DNA of 64,000 nucleotides. It comes from a virus. Below the pieces are notes generated by a model. That model did no database searches, was not told where the DNA came from, and saw only the letters and a list, made by a program, of their open reading frames with translations. Below, piece by piece: positions 33,065 to 43,490 of this stretch (its first letter is position 1; each line of letters begins with the position of its first letter). Both the position numbers and the translations under genes were made by a program. Where the stretch lies: positions 91,170-155,169 of the IMG/VR virus record IMGVR_UViG_3300045988_122718. One strand, given 5' to 3'.

Positions 33065-34092
33065 AACTCCTCCTCCAACTCCGTTTCGTCTTTTATGTTT
33101 TCTGCCAATATATATTCAAGAACTTCCTTACCTTCGTCAGAGGCCGAAGCCTTGGCTGGAAGATCTAAACATTCTTCCCAATCAAAATAACTTATTTGTA
33201 AATCTCTCATAGTTGCTACACTACGCAACATATCTATATTTCTTTTAGTATTATTCAATGGTAAATCATTATCAAGCATAAAAATTACTTTCTGTGGGTT
33301 TAGCGATAGAATCATCTTTGCCTGATATTCTGATAGGCTATTGCTGCCAAGTGCTACCGCATTGTGGTAGCCATAACTTGCACATTGTAACACGGACTTT
33401 TCACTCTCGAATATCATTACTGTACCACCATACATTAAACTATAGTTAGTGCTATAGCCGAAGAGTGTTTTGCTCGTTTGACATGGAACTAAATAAAGGT
33501 ACTTTGGGTCATCATCATTGTCAGTTTCGTAGTTGCGTCGCCCCTTCAAGCCCATCAAGCTCCCATATTGATCACGAATAGGTATTACAATTCTATCTGT
33601 ATTTACATCATATGAGATACCAAATTCCATTTGTGTTTCAAGTGATATATGGTCGCGCTGGAATCTTACATTTGGGACCTTTAGATATGCATCTAAGATT
33701 AATTCGTCATATGTTTTTGGAGGAGCATCTACTTTATGTATTATATTTTCATAAACACCTCCAAAAATGAGACGACGGCTTTGAGGTCGCCAGTCATCTG
33801 ATAGGTGGAGAATACGTTTGATTGTTGTAAGTATAGTTCTAAAGTCTGTATGCTTTTCTTTAATAATATATGAAACAATATCGCAATGCTCAGACCTTGC
33901 GTAGTCTGTTACATTGAGATAGTCATTATTCTCAAGCCTTATACGAATGTTCTGTCCGCCTTCACTGTTTCTAGCAAAGCGAATCTCGTTTCTTTTGATG
34001 GTTATATGCTCAAACTCGAACTCCTCAAGGAGGGTGCAAATGTTTTCTGGGTCTTCTAATAGCTGTTTTTTTAGTTCTGAAATCACATTCAC
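33061..34092 (-). CDS. DnaG-like primase (TOPRIM) with divergent zinc-binding region
   Basis: Conserved primase-type region and TOPRIM-like segments VMIFESEKSVLQCAS and KVIFMLDNDLPLN. Confidence 0.75.
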   Translation of the reverse strand: MNVISELKKQLLEDPENICTLLEEFEFEHITIKRNEIRFARNSEGGQNIRIRLENNDYLNVTDYARSEHCDIVSYIIKEKHTDFRTILTTIKRILHLSDDWRPQSRRLIFGGVYENIIHKVDAPPKTYDELILDAYLKVPNVRFQRDHISLETQMEFGISYDVNTDRIVIPIRDQYGSLMGLKGRRNYETDNDDDPKYLYLVPCQTSKTLFGYSTNYSLMYGGTVMIFESEKSVLQCASYGYHNAVALGSNSLSEYQAKMILSLNPQKVIFMLDNDLPLNNTKRNIDMLRSVATMRDLQISYFDWEECLDLPAKASASDEGKEVLEYILAENIKDETELEEEL

Positions 34093-34104
34093 ACCACTCC
34101 TTTC

Positions 34105-34149
34105 GTTAATTTTGTACGGTTATTATATCATAAAATTTGGATTTGTCAA
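34105..34149 (-). promoter_or_regulatory. SigmaA-like promoter (box variant)
   Basis: TTGACA (34144-34149), TATAAT (34122-34127), ACCGTACAAAATTAA. Confidence 0.75.
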
Positions 34150-34191
34150 GAGGGAGATGCTTCTTTATATTTTATTTATTCACTAGGTCTA

Positions 34192-35760
34192 TTAATTTGA
34201 ACCAATAAACCCATGTTTCGGTTTGCCCCAGCAACATTCACTAAATGTAGCATATCTACCGTTAAACCTAAACATCAATGCCGAACCAGAAGATGTAGAG
34301 TTTTCTGAATTTCTACTTTTTGCCAAGAAGCAAAATTTCCATGGATACTTTGGGTCGCACAAATAATCTTTCATTACAGAATTTCCATTTTCATCTCTTA
34401 CAATTTGATATGGATGACAAAAATATTTTGAAGATTGGTCAAGCTCATCTTTATACACATCTCTAATGCAAAGCAATGTATCAAGCTGCTCTACCATCCC
34501 CTTTGCTCCTGATAGCATATTAGAATCTAGAAACAAAGCTCCCTTTTGGCTTTGTGCTAACTGGACAGAAGCACACATAATCAGGTTAAATTTCTTTGCC
34601 AAGATGTCAAGGTCACGGCTATACTGTACAAGTTCTTCCCATGCTGCCAAATTGCCATCTCTCTTATTGCTATCAGAGATCTTTAGCGTGTCGAAAATAA
34701 CCATAGAATACCCATACTGTAATGCATAGAATCTGATCTTTGACTTTACTACATCAAATGAATTTTCCGAGAGCTGAATAAAATGCATCCTTCCTTTATA
34801 ATGCTCGTTGAAATAATCCTTTGCCTTTTGAAGCATCTTTTTATTTTCGTCTGTTAACTTACCAGCCATAAGACTCGACTTTGTGATACCATACTCCTTA
34901 AAATGTTTGTATAGAATGAACAGTATCATGTTAATCTTCCAAACTTTTGATGATTGCTCATTACACAAAATTAATATCTTTTCTTGAAGTGCCATAGACA
35001 TGGCAATTGAACACCACATTGCAGTTTTACCACTTGACGAAAATCCGGCAATATAGTGTGACGCTTGTCGAGTGAATCCCAATGTCAAAGAGGAAAGGTA
35101 AGGAAAAACGTTCATATTATCTCCGTTTATATCTTTTCCTGCATATGCGTATGGAGTTCCGTACTCTTCTGCATTTTCCAACGACTCTAGAAACTCATCT
35201 GTAATTTCAATATCTGTATCTTCAAGTAGCTTTACATCATATCCGCCAACATACATCTTATTAAGCTGAGTTTCATACCACTCCACAAGTTCTGTTGACG
35301 TAAGATTTTTAGAAAACTCAAGGGGTGTCATTTCCTTTTTACCGATCTGAACTTTCTTTGTAAGGTTAAAACCAGCATCATATAGGCGTAAAATCGTATT
35401 ATATCTATAAAGTTCATCTAGAATGCTATCTCTATTCTTCAACGAAACAACACTTGCCATATTATCAATTGCCTTATACCCTCCACGCTCATTGAACTTT
35501 TCTAGTGTTTCTTCGGATAAGTTACTGATTACTGCAACTTCATCAAACTCGTTCAAATTTTTCGAACGAAGATGTTTTTCTACACCGAAATAAAAGCGTC
35601 CATCTTTGCTGAGAAAGTCCGCCGATGATAATGAAATTTCATCTAGAATAAGTGGGTCTTGCCATAGGATACCAATTACAGATGCTTCTGCATTGATACG
35701 CCCTTCTAGTAGCTCTTTTGGATATTTATCTTCTACACCTCTTAGCCAAACATCATTCAT
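34192..35760 (-). CDS. DnaB-like replicative helicase
   Basis: N-terminal DnaB-like domain, Walker A GFSSSGKTAMW, Walker B SMVIFDTLKIS, ASVQLAQSQKG. Confidence 0.85.
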   Translation of the reverse strand: MNDVWLRGVEDKYPKELLEGRINAEASVIGILWQDPLILDEISLSSADFLSKDGRFYFGVEKHLRSKNLNEFDEVAVISNLSEETLEKFNERGGYKAIDNMASVVSLKNRDSILDELYRYNTILRLYDAGFNLTKKVQIGKKEMTPLEFSKNLTSTELVEWYETQLNKMYVGGYDVKLLEDTDIEITDEFLESLENAEEYGTPYAYAGKDINGDNMNVFPYLSSLTLGFTRQASHYIAGFSSSGKTAMWCSIAMSMALQEKILILCNEQSSKVWKINMILFILYKHFKEYGITKSSLMAGKLTDENKKMLQKAKDYFNEHYKGRMHFIQLSENSFDVVKSKIRFYALQYGYSMVIFDTLKISDSNKRDGNLAAWEELVQYSRDLDILAKKFNLIMCASVQLAQSQKGALFLDSNMLSGAKGMVEQLDTLLCIRDVYKDELDQSSKYFCHPYQIVRDENGNSVMKDYLCDPKYPWKFCFLAKSRNSENSTSSGSALMFRFNGRYATFSECCWGKPKHGFIGSN

Positions 35761-36317
35761 AGATCATCCTCCAATTCCGCAAATGATTTTCGTATCTTTT
35801 TATTTTCCCTTACTGGTTCGAATAATACAAAAGAAGATTCCTTTGGTATAGCATTGTCAACAACTGGAAGTTGTCCTCTATAGTCATGTAGCTTCGATGA
35901 CACGATAACACTATAGTAGCGCACACGGTTAAAGTCGTTTGCAAATTCCTTTCGTGCTAATGTGGAAGATAAGAAATCTTCATTCTCTTTGAGATAGCTT
36001 AGAATCTTCTTTCTGTCCGCAAGCTTCTCCCAATTCTTTACTTCTCTTTTCAGTATGCCATAGCCTTGAAATTCGTACCCGAAGATAGCTTTTGTTTCTT
36101 CAAAAATTTCATCGTACTCTGCCTTTTCTTTCACATACTCTTCATTCTCTTGTTTCTTTGCCAGCCTCTCAATTTCTTTCGCTTTCTTTTCTGCGTTTGC
36201 TTTGTCATAGCATTCTTGATTACAATAATATGTATTATATTTCTCTCCTGGAATTTGAAGAGCATCTTTCTTTTCTATTTTAGACTTGCAGTATCTGCAA
36301 GTTACTCTCATTCCCAT
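35757..36317 (-). CDS. Hypothetical protein with N-terminal zinc ribbon
   Basis: MRVTCRYCKSKIEKKDA...YYCNQECYDK. Confidence 0.65.
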   Translation of the reverse strand: MGMRVTCRYCKSKIEKKDALQIPGEKYNTYYCNQECYDKANAEKKAKEIERLAKKQENEEYVKEKAEYDEIFEETKAIFGYEFQGYGILKREVKNWEKLADRKKILSYLKENEDFLSSTLARKEFANDFNRVRYYSVIVSSKLHDYRGQLPVVDNAIPKESSFVLFEPVRENKKIRKSFAELEDDL

Positions 36318-36332
36318 AGTCTACCTCCAAAA

Positions 36333-36360
36333 AAATAAGGGGAAGGTTGCCCTCCCCCTG
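36333..36360 (-). terminator. Rho-independent terminator
   Basis: Minus GGGGGAGGGCAACCTTCCCCTTATTTTTTT. Confidence 0.75.
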
Positions 36361-36364
36361 TTTG

Positions 36365-37576
36365 TTAAGCTAGGGCTTCTAGAATTGCCTTTAGAGTGTT
36401 TTCATCATGTACGTCTGCAAGCTTTGCACCGTTTAGAATTCCCTTAATACCCTTCTTAGTTTCCGCATCCGCATTCTTAAATGCAGGTCTGATAGCTGCC
36501 TTTGCTGCATCCTCATCAAAAGGCTCCACATCCTCCTCGTTGTCTTCATCGAAAAAATCCGTATCATCCTCGTCCCAAGAAGCAGTTTCTACTTCATTTA
36601 CATCATCTGACTGAACTGGAGTAGCATCAATCTCTTCGTCTTCCTCAACGACAGGCTCCTCAACCTTTGCCTTCTTGGTAATCTTCTTAGCAGTCTTCTT
36701 GACCGAAGTCTCTACATCACCAGAAGAAGCGTTGCAAGTCTTACTCTTTTCCATACCGTCCTCGATCACTTTGATAAAATCCTTTGCCATATTTGGCTTA
36801 TCAAATACTAGATACTCAGGGACTGCACCGAAAGCAAATCTACCACCGGCATCAATCTCAGGAGTGCCACGGAAATAAAGCTTACGGATAGAATCAGTTG
36901 CATATCTCTTAGCGTCGCTTCCTTCTCCGACAGTCTCAATGTTACGGTCAATCATACCAGTAACAACGACATCAAAAATGTCCCCTAGAGCTGCTTCATA
37001 TGCGGCAGATAGATTGCTTGTTAGCTGCATGTAGCCCTCGTTGTCTACATTCGCCTTGTCCTTGATGTTCTTATACTTCGAATGGCCTAGAACCCAGACC
37101 TGAATACCCGCCTTGCGAATCTTATCAAAATAATTCTTCATAAGAGTAGCGGAATACTGTTCTCCCGCAGTATAACCACCCATAGCAGCTTTCACAGATT
37201 TTACCGTCTTCTGGGGATTCTCAATGTTGTGCTGACGGACAGTCTCCTTGTCAAACAAAGGAACTAGCTCATCTGCAACATCGAATCCTACAATTTCAAT
37301 GTGATGCTCAGTTCCCTTCCCTTCAATCAGCCACTTTTGGAACTCAACAAGATCCTTATATGTGTCTAGATGAAGAGTGTTTAGGTTATCTAGCAGTTCA
37401 TCGCCCCGCTCCATGCCAATTTCTGCAAGGCATCCATAGGTTGGATCTCCATACTTCTCCATGATTACATCTCTAAACAGAGTAGACTTACCAAATTTCT
37501 TTACTGAACGAATATAAATGCTTACATTCTTTAGGTCTGGTTTAATAGTCTTTACAGTAGGTTTTACAAACGCCAT
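36365..37576 (-). CDS. Sak4-like/AAA ATPase (recombination/annealing)
   Basis: IYIRSVKKFGKSTLFRDVI P-loop and VGFDVADEL Walker B; acidic C-terminus. Confidence 0.7.
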   Translation of the reverse strand: MAFVKPTVKTIKPDLKNVSIYIRSVKKFGKSTLFRDVIMEKYGDPTYGCLAEIGMERGDELLDNLNTLHLDTYKDLVEFQKWLIEGKGTEHHIEIVGFDVADELVPLFDKETVRQHNIENPQKTVKSVKAAMGGYTAGEQYSATLMKNYFDKIRKAGIQVWVLGHSKYKNIKDKANVDNEGYMQLTSNLSAAYEAALGDIFDVVVTGMIDRNIETVGEGSDAKRYATDSIRKLYFRGTPEIDAGGRFAFGAVPEYLVFDKPNMAKDFIKVIEDGMEKSKTCNASSGDVETSVKKTAKKITKKAKVEEPVVEEDEEIDATPVQSDDVNEVETASWDEDDTDFFDEDNEEDVEPFDEDAAKAAIRPAFKNADAETKKGIKGILNGAKLADVHDENTLKAILEALA

Positions 37577-37617
37577 ATTTATTTCCTTCTTTCTATTAAT
37601 TTTGTATTGTTAGTAGA

Positions 37618-38739
37618 TTATAGATCATCGTCGTCAAATAGGTCTGTATCTTCTTCCTTCTCTACTTCCTTAGATGGTTTCTTTTTCATATCATCAAGAG
37701 AATACACAGTAGTCTCAGAACCCTTGGAAAATCCCTTGCCTGGGCCTTTGATTCTAATCTCGTGAATCGTATCTCCGTACATACTACCACCGGCATCCTT
37801 GATTGCATCCTCTAATGAAATAATACCAAAATCAATCATTTCCTTTGTATCATCAGACAAATCATCATAAGAAATATCTACCTTTTGAGCACCATCAATC
37901 TGCTCACACTCAAGAACCATTCTACGGATAGTATCATCTTCGAACTTGCTAAAAATCTTTTCCCATCCTTTGACCTTCTTCTTCCCCTTGTCATCAGTAC
38001 CAAATCTCATAACGAGGGAAATAGGACAATACCAATTTTTCTTGGTAGAATTATCGTAAAATGCTGTGTAACCATTGGCAATAGCCTTTCCGATTTCTAC
38101 ATAATCTTCACTATCTACTGGATTCTCAGCAAAATAGAAATCAATATTTACCGTACTTTCTGGCTCCTTATCATCATCTACTCTGTAAATCTTTGTGACC
38201 TCATATGTAGAATAATATCTATCGTTCTTTTCACTATAAGTATAGTTAATTATTCCATTGACCCTAAATTTCGTGTTCTTAATTTTTTCAGAGTTTACCA
38301 CCTTATTTACATACTCGCAGAAATCAGTACCGGCAAGAAAATGCTTTCTGCGACTGTTTGCCTTAGCAAGACCTTCTGTGTCACCGCTCTTCTCTAACTC
38401 TTGACGGTGATTATACGTATCAAGATCCACAGTGAATACTTTCCACCCAGCCATCTTATTAATCATATCTGGATTGGTTCTTTCACCCCAAGGAATCTGG
38501 AATGACTCCCCCTTCTTTCCATTCTCAGGCTTAGTGAATCCATAAATGACATTTTTATCCTCTTGCTGCCAACGACCCGCATTAATTTCTACAAGATGAC
38601 GATTATCTCCAGCAATTACATTAAAACATAGACGCTCCGTCATCCACCCACTATCATAAGTTTTTACAGAAAAACTGCTCCATGATTCCGTACTCTTAAT
38701 TGGCTTTAAGTAGCCGATAAAACTAAACGTGTTTGACAT
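37618..38739 (-). CDS. Probable ssDNA-binding/replication accessory protein
   Basis: 373 aa; position beside Sak4-like ATPase; acidic tail EVEKEEDTDLFDDDDL. Confidence 0.55.
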   Translation of the reverse strand: MSNTFSFIGYLKPIKSTESWSSFSVKTYDSGWMTERLCFNVIAGDNRHLVEINAGRWQQEDKNVIYGFTKPENGKKGESFQIPWGERTNPDMINKMAGWKVFTVDLDTYNHRQELEKSGDTEGLAKANSRRKHFLAGTDFCEYVNKVVNSEKIKNTKFRVNGIINYTYSEKNDRYYSTYEVTKIYRVDDDKEPESTVNIDFYFAENPVDSEDYVEIGKAIANGYTAFYDNSTKKNWYCPISLVMRFGTDDKGKKKVKGWEKIFSKFEDDTIRRMVLECEQIDGAQKVDISYDDLSDDTKEMIDFGIISLEDAIKDAGGSMYGDTIHEIRIKGPGKGFSKGSETTVYSLDDMKKKPSKEVEKEEDTDLFDDDDL

Positions 38740-39899
38740 ATTCTTTCTTTCCTTTCTTGTATATATAAAATTATATTATTAATATTCTGATTATAGATGT
38801 ATTCATACATCCATATAAATCCACCGGCTTTTTCATATTTGTCTTGACAACAAAAGCTGATACATTGACAATCTATACCGGTCTCTCTATGTGCGCATCT
38901 AATGCTTTCATATTTATTTATTAAATTTCCATTAACATCTAATTGGGCTACGCATTTCATTTCTTTTTCGTGCAACTTACGAAGCTCAATAATTTCTTCT
39001 TCGGAATAAATATGACCATAATTAGGATTATTCTCTCCCTGTACACTAGGTCTTGGCCCACGCATTTTTTCTTTAGCTTCTTCTGTGTGATGTTTTCCGA
39101 GCATAGGAGACTCCCTATGGATACCATACAACGGATGATTTTCGCCACGCAAAATATTTGCCCTAAGATTTTCCAACCATCGTTGATACGCTCCCTCATC
39201 CATTCTTTCTTGTGGAGATTTACCATAATTAGGATTGTTTTCACCTTGTATAGAAGGCCTCGGCTTTCTAAGTTTTTCTAATACTTCTTCATTCCGCATT
39301 GCTTCTTTCACAGATACAGAAATTTTATATTTTGTTTCTTGTGTTAAGTGTCGCCCATATCTTGGATGATTTTCAGGATTTTCAAACCTTTCCTTTTGCG
39401 CATCACTCATTTTTTGCTTGGCCTCTTTAGTATGAAATTTACCATACATAGGAGAATCGGTGCCATACCTATGCACACCATACATTGGATTGTTTTTGCC
39501 AGACATCCGTTTACTTAAATTATACTTTTCTTCTTCGGTATGGTGTTTTCCAAAGTTTGGGTGATTTTCACCAGAGTTTATTTTTGAAAATGCAATCTTA
39601 GCTTCTTCATATTCATCTGCTGTAATATTATATTGTTTTTGATCATTATCTTTTTTAGTTGACATCATATGCCACGCATAAACTAAACTTTCATTTTCTG
39701 GATTCTGCAACGCCAATAGCCTATGCGCCTCAAAATGTTCTCTCGCATAAAGATCTATTAGGTTTTCTTTTTCATTGTGTCCGCCCATACACTTAGGTAA
39801 GATATGGTGTCTCTCATGATACTCATCTCCGCAATTAAATCGTCCTCGTGTATCTAAAATATTTTGTATAAATTCTTCATAGGTCTTTTCCTCTTCCAA
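38706..39899 (-). CDS. HNH homing endonuclease with NUMOD3 repeats
   Basis: HHILPKCMGGHNEKENLIDLYAREHFEAHRLL and repeated GENNPNYGK/MYGxHHTEEAKxKM motifs; TTG start. Confidence 0.88.
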   Translation of the reverse strand: MEEEKTYEEFIQNILDTRGRFNCGDEYHERHHILPKCMGGHNEKENLIDLYAREHFEAHRLLALQNPENESLVYAWHMMSTKKDNDQKQYNITADEYEEAKIAFSKINSGENHPNFGKHHTEEEKYNLSKRMSGKNNPMYGVHRYGTDSPMYGKFHTKEAKQKMSDAQKERFENPENHPRYGRHLTQETKYKISVSVKEAMRNEEVLEKLRKPRPSIQGENNPNYGKSPQERMDEGAYQRWLENLRANILRGENHPLYGIHRESPMLGKHHTEEAKEKMRGPRPSVQGENNPNYGHIYSEEEIIELRKLHEKEMKCVAQLDVNGNLINKYESIRCAHRETGIDCQCISFCCQDKYEKAGGFIWMYEYIYNQNINNIILYIQERKERICQTRLVLSAT

Positions 39900-39983
39900 A
39901 AGTACTCCCCCTGATGTCGTAAACTCTCATAATGTCATTTCCTTTCGTTTTGCATCTTTTAAATTAATTTTGTATTGTAATAA

Positions 39984-40187
39984 TTAATATAAAAAATATC
40001 TTTCGTCTTTCGTAATATCCATATATAAATACTTGTCGTCTATTGACTCTCCTACCCATAAATGTTTAACTTCATCTTCGCATTCTCCACACCAGAATGT
40101 ATTGTACAGATCCTCTTTCTTATATGGATACTCTATGTAATGTACTGCTCCGCAGTTACAACATTGAAAATACGCTCCTGCTTTCAT
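39984..40187 (-). CDS. Small zinc-binding protein
   Basis: FQCCNCGAVHYIEYPYKKEDLYNTFWCGECEDE. Confidence 0.6.
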   Translation of the reverse strand: MKAGAYFQCCNCGAVHYIEYPYKKEDLYNTFWCGECEDEVKHLWVGESIDDKYLYMDITKDERYFLY

Positions 40188-40291
40188 ACGTTCGCCCTAA
40201 TGTCAACTCGACATTTTTGCTGCCTCCTTTCCTCATGTGGTACAACCACTTTCTACTTATGTTGTGATTATACCACATAATGTAAGTTTTG

Positions 40292-40543
40292 TCAATACCT
40301 TGAAATAATTTTTATTGTCATCCTATTTCCGTTGATTACCACCTTCCCGTCATCAACCTCATATGAAATAACATCATCTTTATCTATATATATTGCCTGT
40401 CCATGTACACGGAACCCCCATCCCACTTCTGTCTCTGGTACAAACTTCATCTGAATATGCTGCTTGCCGAAGAGCTTATGCCCGGTATAGATGTCTGCTG
40501 TTTTCCCTTTCATTTCTTTTAATGCATCAATTAATTGTCTCAT
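40292..40543 (-). CDS. Hypothetical protein
   Basis: MRQLIDALKEMKGKTADIYTGHKL... Confidence 0.6.
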   Translation of the reverse strand: MRQLIDALKEMKGKTADIYTGHKLFGKQHIQMKFVPETEVGWGFRVHGQAIYIDKDDVISYEVDDGKVVINGNRMTIKIISRY

Positions 40544-40676
40544 GTTTTTCTCCCCTTCTTCGTCTAAAGTTTGTACGACTATTATACTATACTTTTCCAT
40601 AATTGACAAGAACAAATGTTCCCCTTCTATAAATTGCTAATTAATTTTGTGCTGTAAATCTTATGTAATGAGCAGC

Positions 40677-41582
40677 CTATACATACTGCTCATATTTCTG
40701 ATGAATATTGTCGACCCAATAGTCTCCGAATCCATATCTCTTTGCCAACTCTTCTCCTTTATTTGTTTTTAAGAACTCTCTTAATCCCAATCCTGTTTCC
40801 TTCATACCAAGTTGAAGATGGTGCCACAATCCAGAAGCTGCGATATTCTTCATAGTCAATCCAGGTATATCTAAATAATCCCTGAATATTTGAATTTTAC
40901 GGTATACCCACCTAAATCTGCTATCTGGGGTATCAATTCCTCTCGCATTTGGTCTTTCTTTGTAAATTTTACCTTTACCGTTTACCTCAATTACTCTCAT
41001 TGTATTCCCATAGCTCATTAATTCTGTTTCGGCAAATGCCTTTGGTAATAATTCTCTTAGCCTATCTGTCATTGGAAACTCTTTTTCGTTAACACGTAAT
41101 ATATTTCCTTGCACACAATCTTCAGACACAGAATATATGTCTTCCATATTTTTACCAGCAACACCGTTCCACAAAAGTTCTATTATTGCCTTGTCTACCC
41201 AGTTAAGAAGCTGAACCTCAACGTCATCAAGTTCCTCCCTTGTAAGCAAGATGTTTGCATCTTTGTCTACCATATCAGCAATATCTGCTTTTCCAATTAA
41301 CTCATACGCATTTGTGCCGACTTCTCCGAATACGAATCTAGAATAATGCTTCAAAACTATGGTGTAATTCAGCAAAGAATTGATTGATTTTGCTTTAAAT
41401 TTTGCAAGCATATCTAGAATCTCGTCTCTAGTAAACTTTGATACATCCTTATTAAGCTTCTCTTCAAAGTCCTCTGTCTTTTTAAAAACTGCATAAAGAC
41501 TAGTTTCTGCAACCACCTTACTCCTCAAGTACTCTTTTATAAATGTCTCTTTTTGCGCTTCGTTAAACATCTCCTTCTTCAC
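40677..41582 (-). CDS. MrpR/YopR-like (integrase-fold) phage regulator
   Basis: 301 aa whose N-terminal region and location beside a tyrosine recombinase resemble SPbeta-group YopR/MrpR. Confidence 0.6.
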   Translation of the reverse strand: MKKEMFNEAQKETFIKEYLRSKVVAETSLYAVFKKTEDFEEKLNKDVSKFTRDEILDMLAKFKAKSINSLLNYTIVLKHYSRFVFGEVGTNAYELIGKADIADMVDKDANILLTREELDDVEVQLLNWVDKAIIELLWNGVAGKNMEDIYSVSEDCVQGNILRVNEKEFPMTDRLRELLPKAFAETELMSYGNTMRVIEVNGKGKIYKERPNARGIDTPDSRFRWVYRKIQIFRDYLDIPGLTMKNIAASGLWHHLQLGMKETGLGLREFLKTNKGEELAKRYGFGDYWVDNIHQKYEQYV

Positions 41583-41626
41583 TCCTTATAACTGTATTCT
41601 ACAGTACAATATTAATTTTGTCAAGT

Positions 41627-42607
41627 TTATTTTACGATACTATCAAGGATATTGACAGCTTCCTGCTTCTGCTTATCAAGTGCAGCAACATATCTCATAG
41701 TCGTATTGACATTATTATGCCCTAAGATTTCCTTTATTACTTGTACTGGTACATCGTGTGCTCCCATTTGTGTTGCTGCGGTTGCTCTGAGCTTGTGTGG
41801 TGTAATGTGCTTATCAGTAACACCTTCAATATATTTTTTCAAAAGCAATTCAACATTCTTTGGTGACATTCTGTTATTCCATTGAGAAACAAACAGAGGA
41901 CCTCTTTCATCTACATCAAAATAATCCCTTCTGTCCTGAAGCCAATTTAATAACAATTGCTTCATATTTTCACCGAATCCAATAGTTCTTTCTTTTCTTC
42001 CCTTTTCAATTACAGTGATTGTATTTGTCTTAAAGTTCACATCTTCTACATTTATTTGCACCAATGCAGACTTTCTTAATCCAGTAGAAATGAAAAGTGA
42101 GAAGATACACAAATCTCTATTAAATAATCTTTCTGTAGACTTTTCTTTTATGTTTGCAAACAGCTTACTAATCTCGTCCTCCTCCAAAAATGTTACTTCA
42201 CCTTTTGCTTTTACTTTTGGTCTCTTTGCCCCTTCTACCGGATTATTATCTGTAAAACCAAGATCATTCAAGAATACGAAGAACTTTTTAATTGCCGACC
42301 ATTTTGTTGCAAGAATACTATCGCCCGTTCTTACAATTTCTCCTTCTTTTTCCTTTGTTCTCTGAGAAGAAATAAACTGCCTTACATTGGATTGAGTTAC
42401 ATTCTTATAATACTCATCGTCCTTTTTTCCTCCTGTAATATATTCCATGAATTCAACATTATAATCAATATAATGCTCTATCGTATTATAAGATCTATCA
42501 TCTTCTTCCATATAACTATAAAATTCTGTAAAGATAGGCGGAAGCTTTTTCAATTTTGCCTTAATAACCTTTTGCTTATTCAATTCAGATTCCAAACGTC
42601 CGTTCAT
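41627..42607 (-). CDS. Tyrosine recombinase/integrase
   Basis: STGLRKSALVQINVEDV, HKLRATAATQMGAHDVPVQVIKEILGHNNVNTTMRYVA. Confidence 0.92.
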   Translation of the reverse strand: MNGRLESELNKQKVIKAKLKKLPPIFTEFYSYMEEDDRSYNTIEHYIDYNVEFMEYITGGKKDDEYYKNVTQSNVRQFISSQRTKEKEGEIVRTGDSILATKWSAIKKFFVFLNDLGFTDNNPVEGAKRPKVKAKGEVTFLEEDEISKLFANIKEKSTERLFNRDLCIFSLFISTGLRKSALVQINVEDVNFKTNTITVIEKGRKERTIGFGENMKQLLLNWLQDRRDYFDVDERGPLFVSQWNNRMSPKNVELLLKKYIEGVTDKHITPHKLRATAATQMGAHDVPVQVIKEILGHNNVNTTMRYVAALDKQKQEAVNILDSIVK

Positions 42608-42621
42608 AATAATATCCTCCT

Positions 42622-43065
42622 TTAATTATACTTTGAAGTTTTCCAAATCAAGTAAATTACTGTAGCGCCGATCCAACCAATAATTCTATCATTGAAAATA
42701 GTTAGAAGTAACATGATGACTACATACAACAAAGTTCCGTTGAATGTGTCTACTGATTGCTTCTTATTTTTACCATCAAGATATAACGGCCCGCTCTTCT
42801 GCCATTTTTCTGGTTCACTAGCATAATACACTTCTTGAAGAATATTCAGAATGTCACGACGAGCTGCAACAACACCCGTTTCATTTTCGTCAATACAGTT
42901 ATAAATTTCATTCCCGTGACTGTCGTACAAATAATAATCTCCTTTAATATAATGCATTTGATTGTCTACCATACATTTTATATACCCCTCTAAACGCAGT
43001 TTTGTCTTATACTTGCCTTTTCTTTGCATATCGTTTAGCCACTTATCAAATCCCGGTTTTGCCAT
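42622..43065 (-). CDS. Hypothetical membrane protein
   Basis: MAKPGFDKWLNDMQRKG... C-terminal TM. Confidence 0.6.
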   Translation of the reverse strand: MAKPGFDKWLNDMQRKGKYKTKLRLEGYIKCMVDNQMHYIKGDYYLYDSHGNEIYNCIDENETGVVAARRDILNILQEVYYASEPEKWQKSGPLYLDGKNKKQSVDTFNGTLLYVVIMLLLTIFNDRIIGWIGATVIYLIWKTSKYN

Positions 43066-43490
43066 TAATCCACCTTCTTTCCAACATACTCCCAATAATT
43101 GCCCACAACTCCATCCGTACAATCCCAAATGTCATACCAGCTATGGTCACACAGATAGCTCATATGGTGAGTACCCACATGAGCAAGACATCTTCCGTTA
43201 TAAATCTTTGCAAACTCATAACCTCTATATTTCTGTCTATTGCTCTTCACAGGTTGCTTCATTTTCTTCCAACCATTCTCCTCAAAATACAAGGTATAAT
43301 TTTCTACTGCCGTTACCATATATCCAGTTCTAATTGAATATTCTACGAGTTTTCTTAAAACATCTTCCCATGTTTTTCCTTCTGCCGCTGCAATTGCACG
43401 GACTACACAATCATCCGTTCTTTTACCTTTAGGATTTGCGTTGTAATAAACATATGCGGGTTCACCATTGTACTTTGTCTTCTTAAACAT
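43065..43490 (-). CDS. Possible cysteine-peptidase-fold protein
   Basis: TDDCVVRAIAAAEGKTWEDV ... AHVGTHHMSYLCDHSWYDIWD. Confidence 0.5.
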   Translation of the reverse strand: MFKKTKYNGEPAYVYYNANPKGKRTDDCVVRAIAAAEGKTWEDVLRKLVEYSIRTGYMVTAVENYTLYFEENGWKKMKQPVKSNRQKYRGYEFAKIYNGRCLAHVGTHHMSYLCDHSWYDIWDCTDGVVGNYWEYVGKKVD

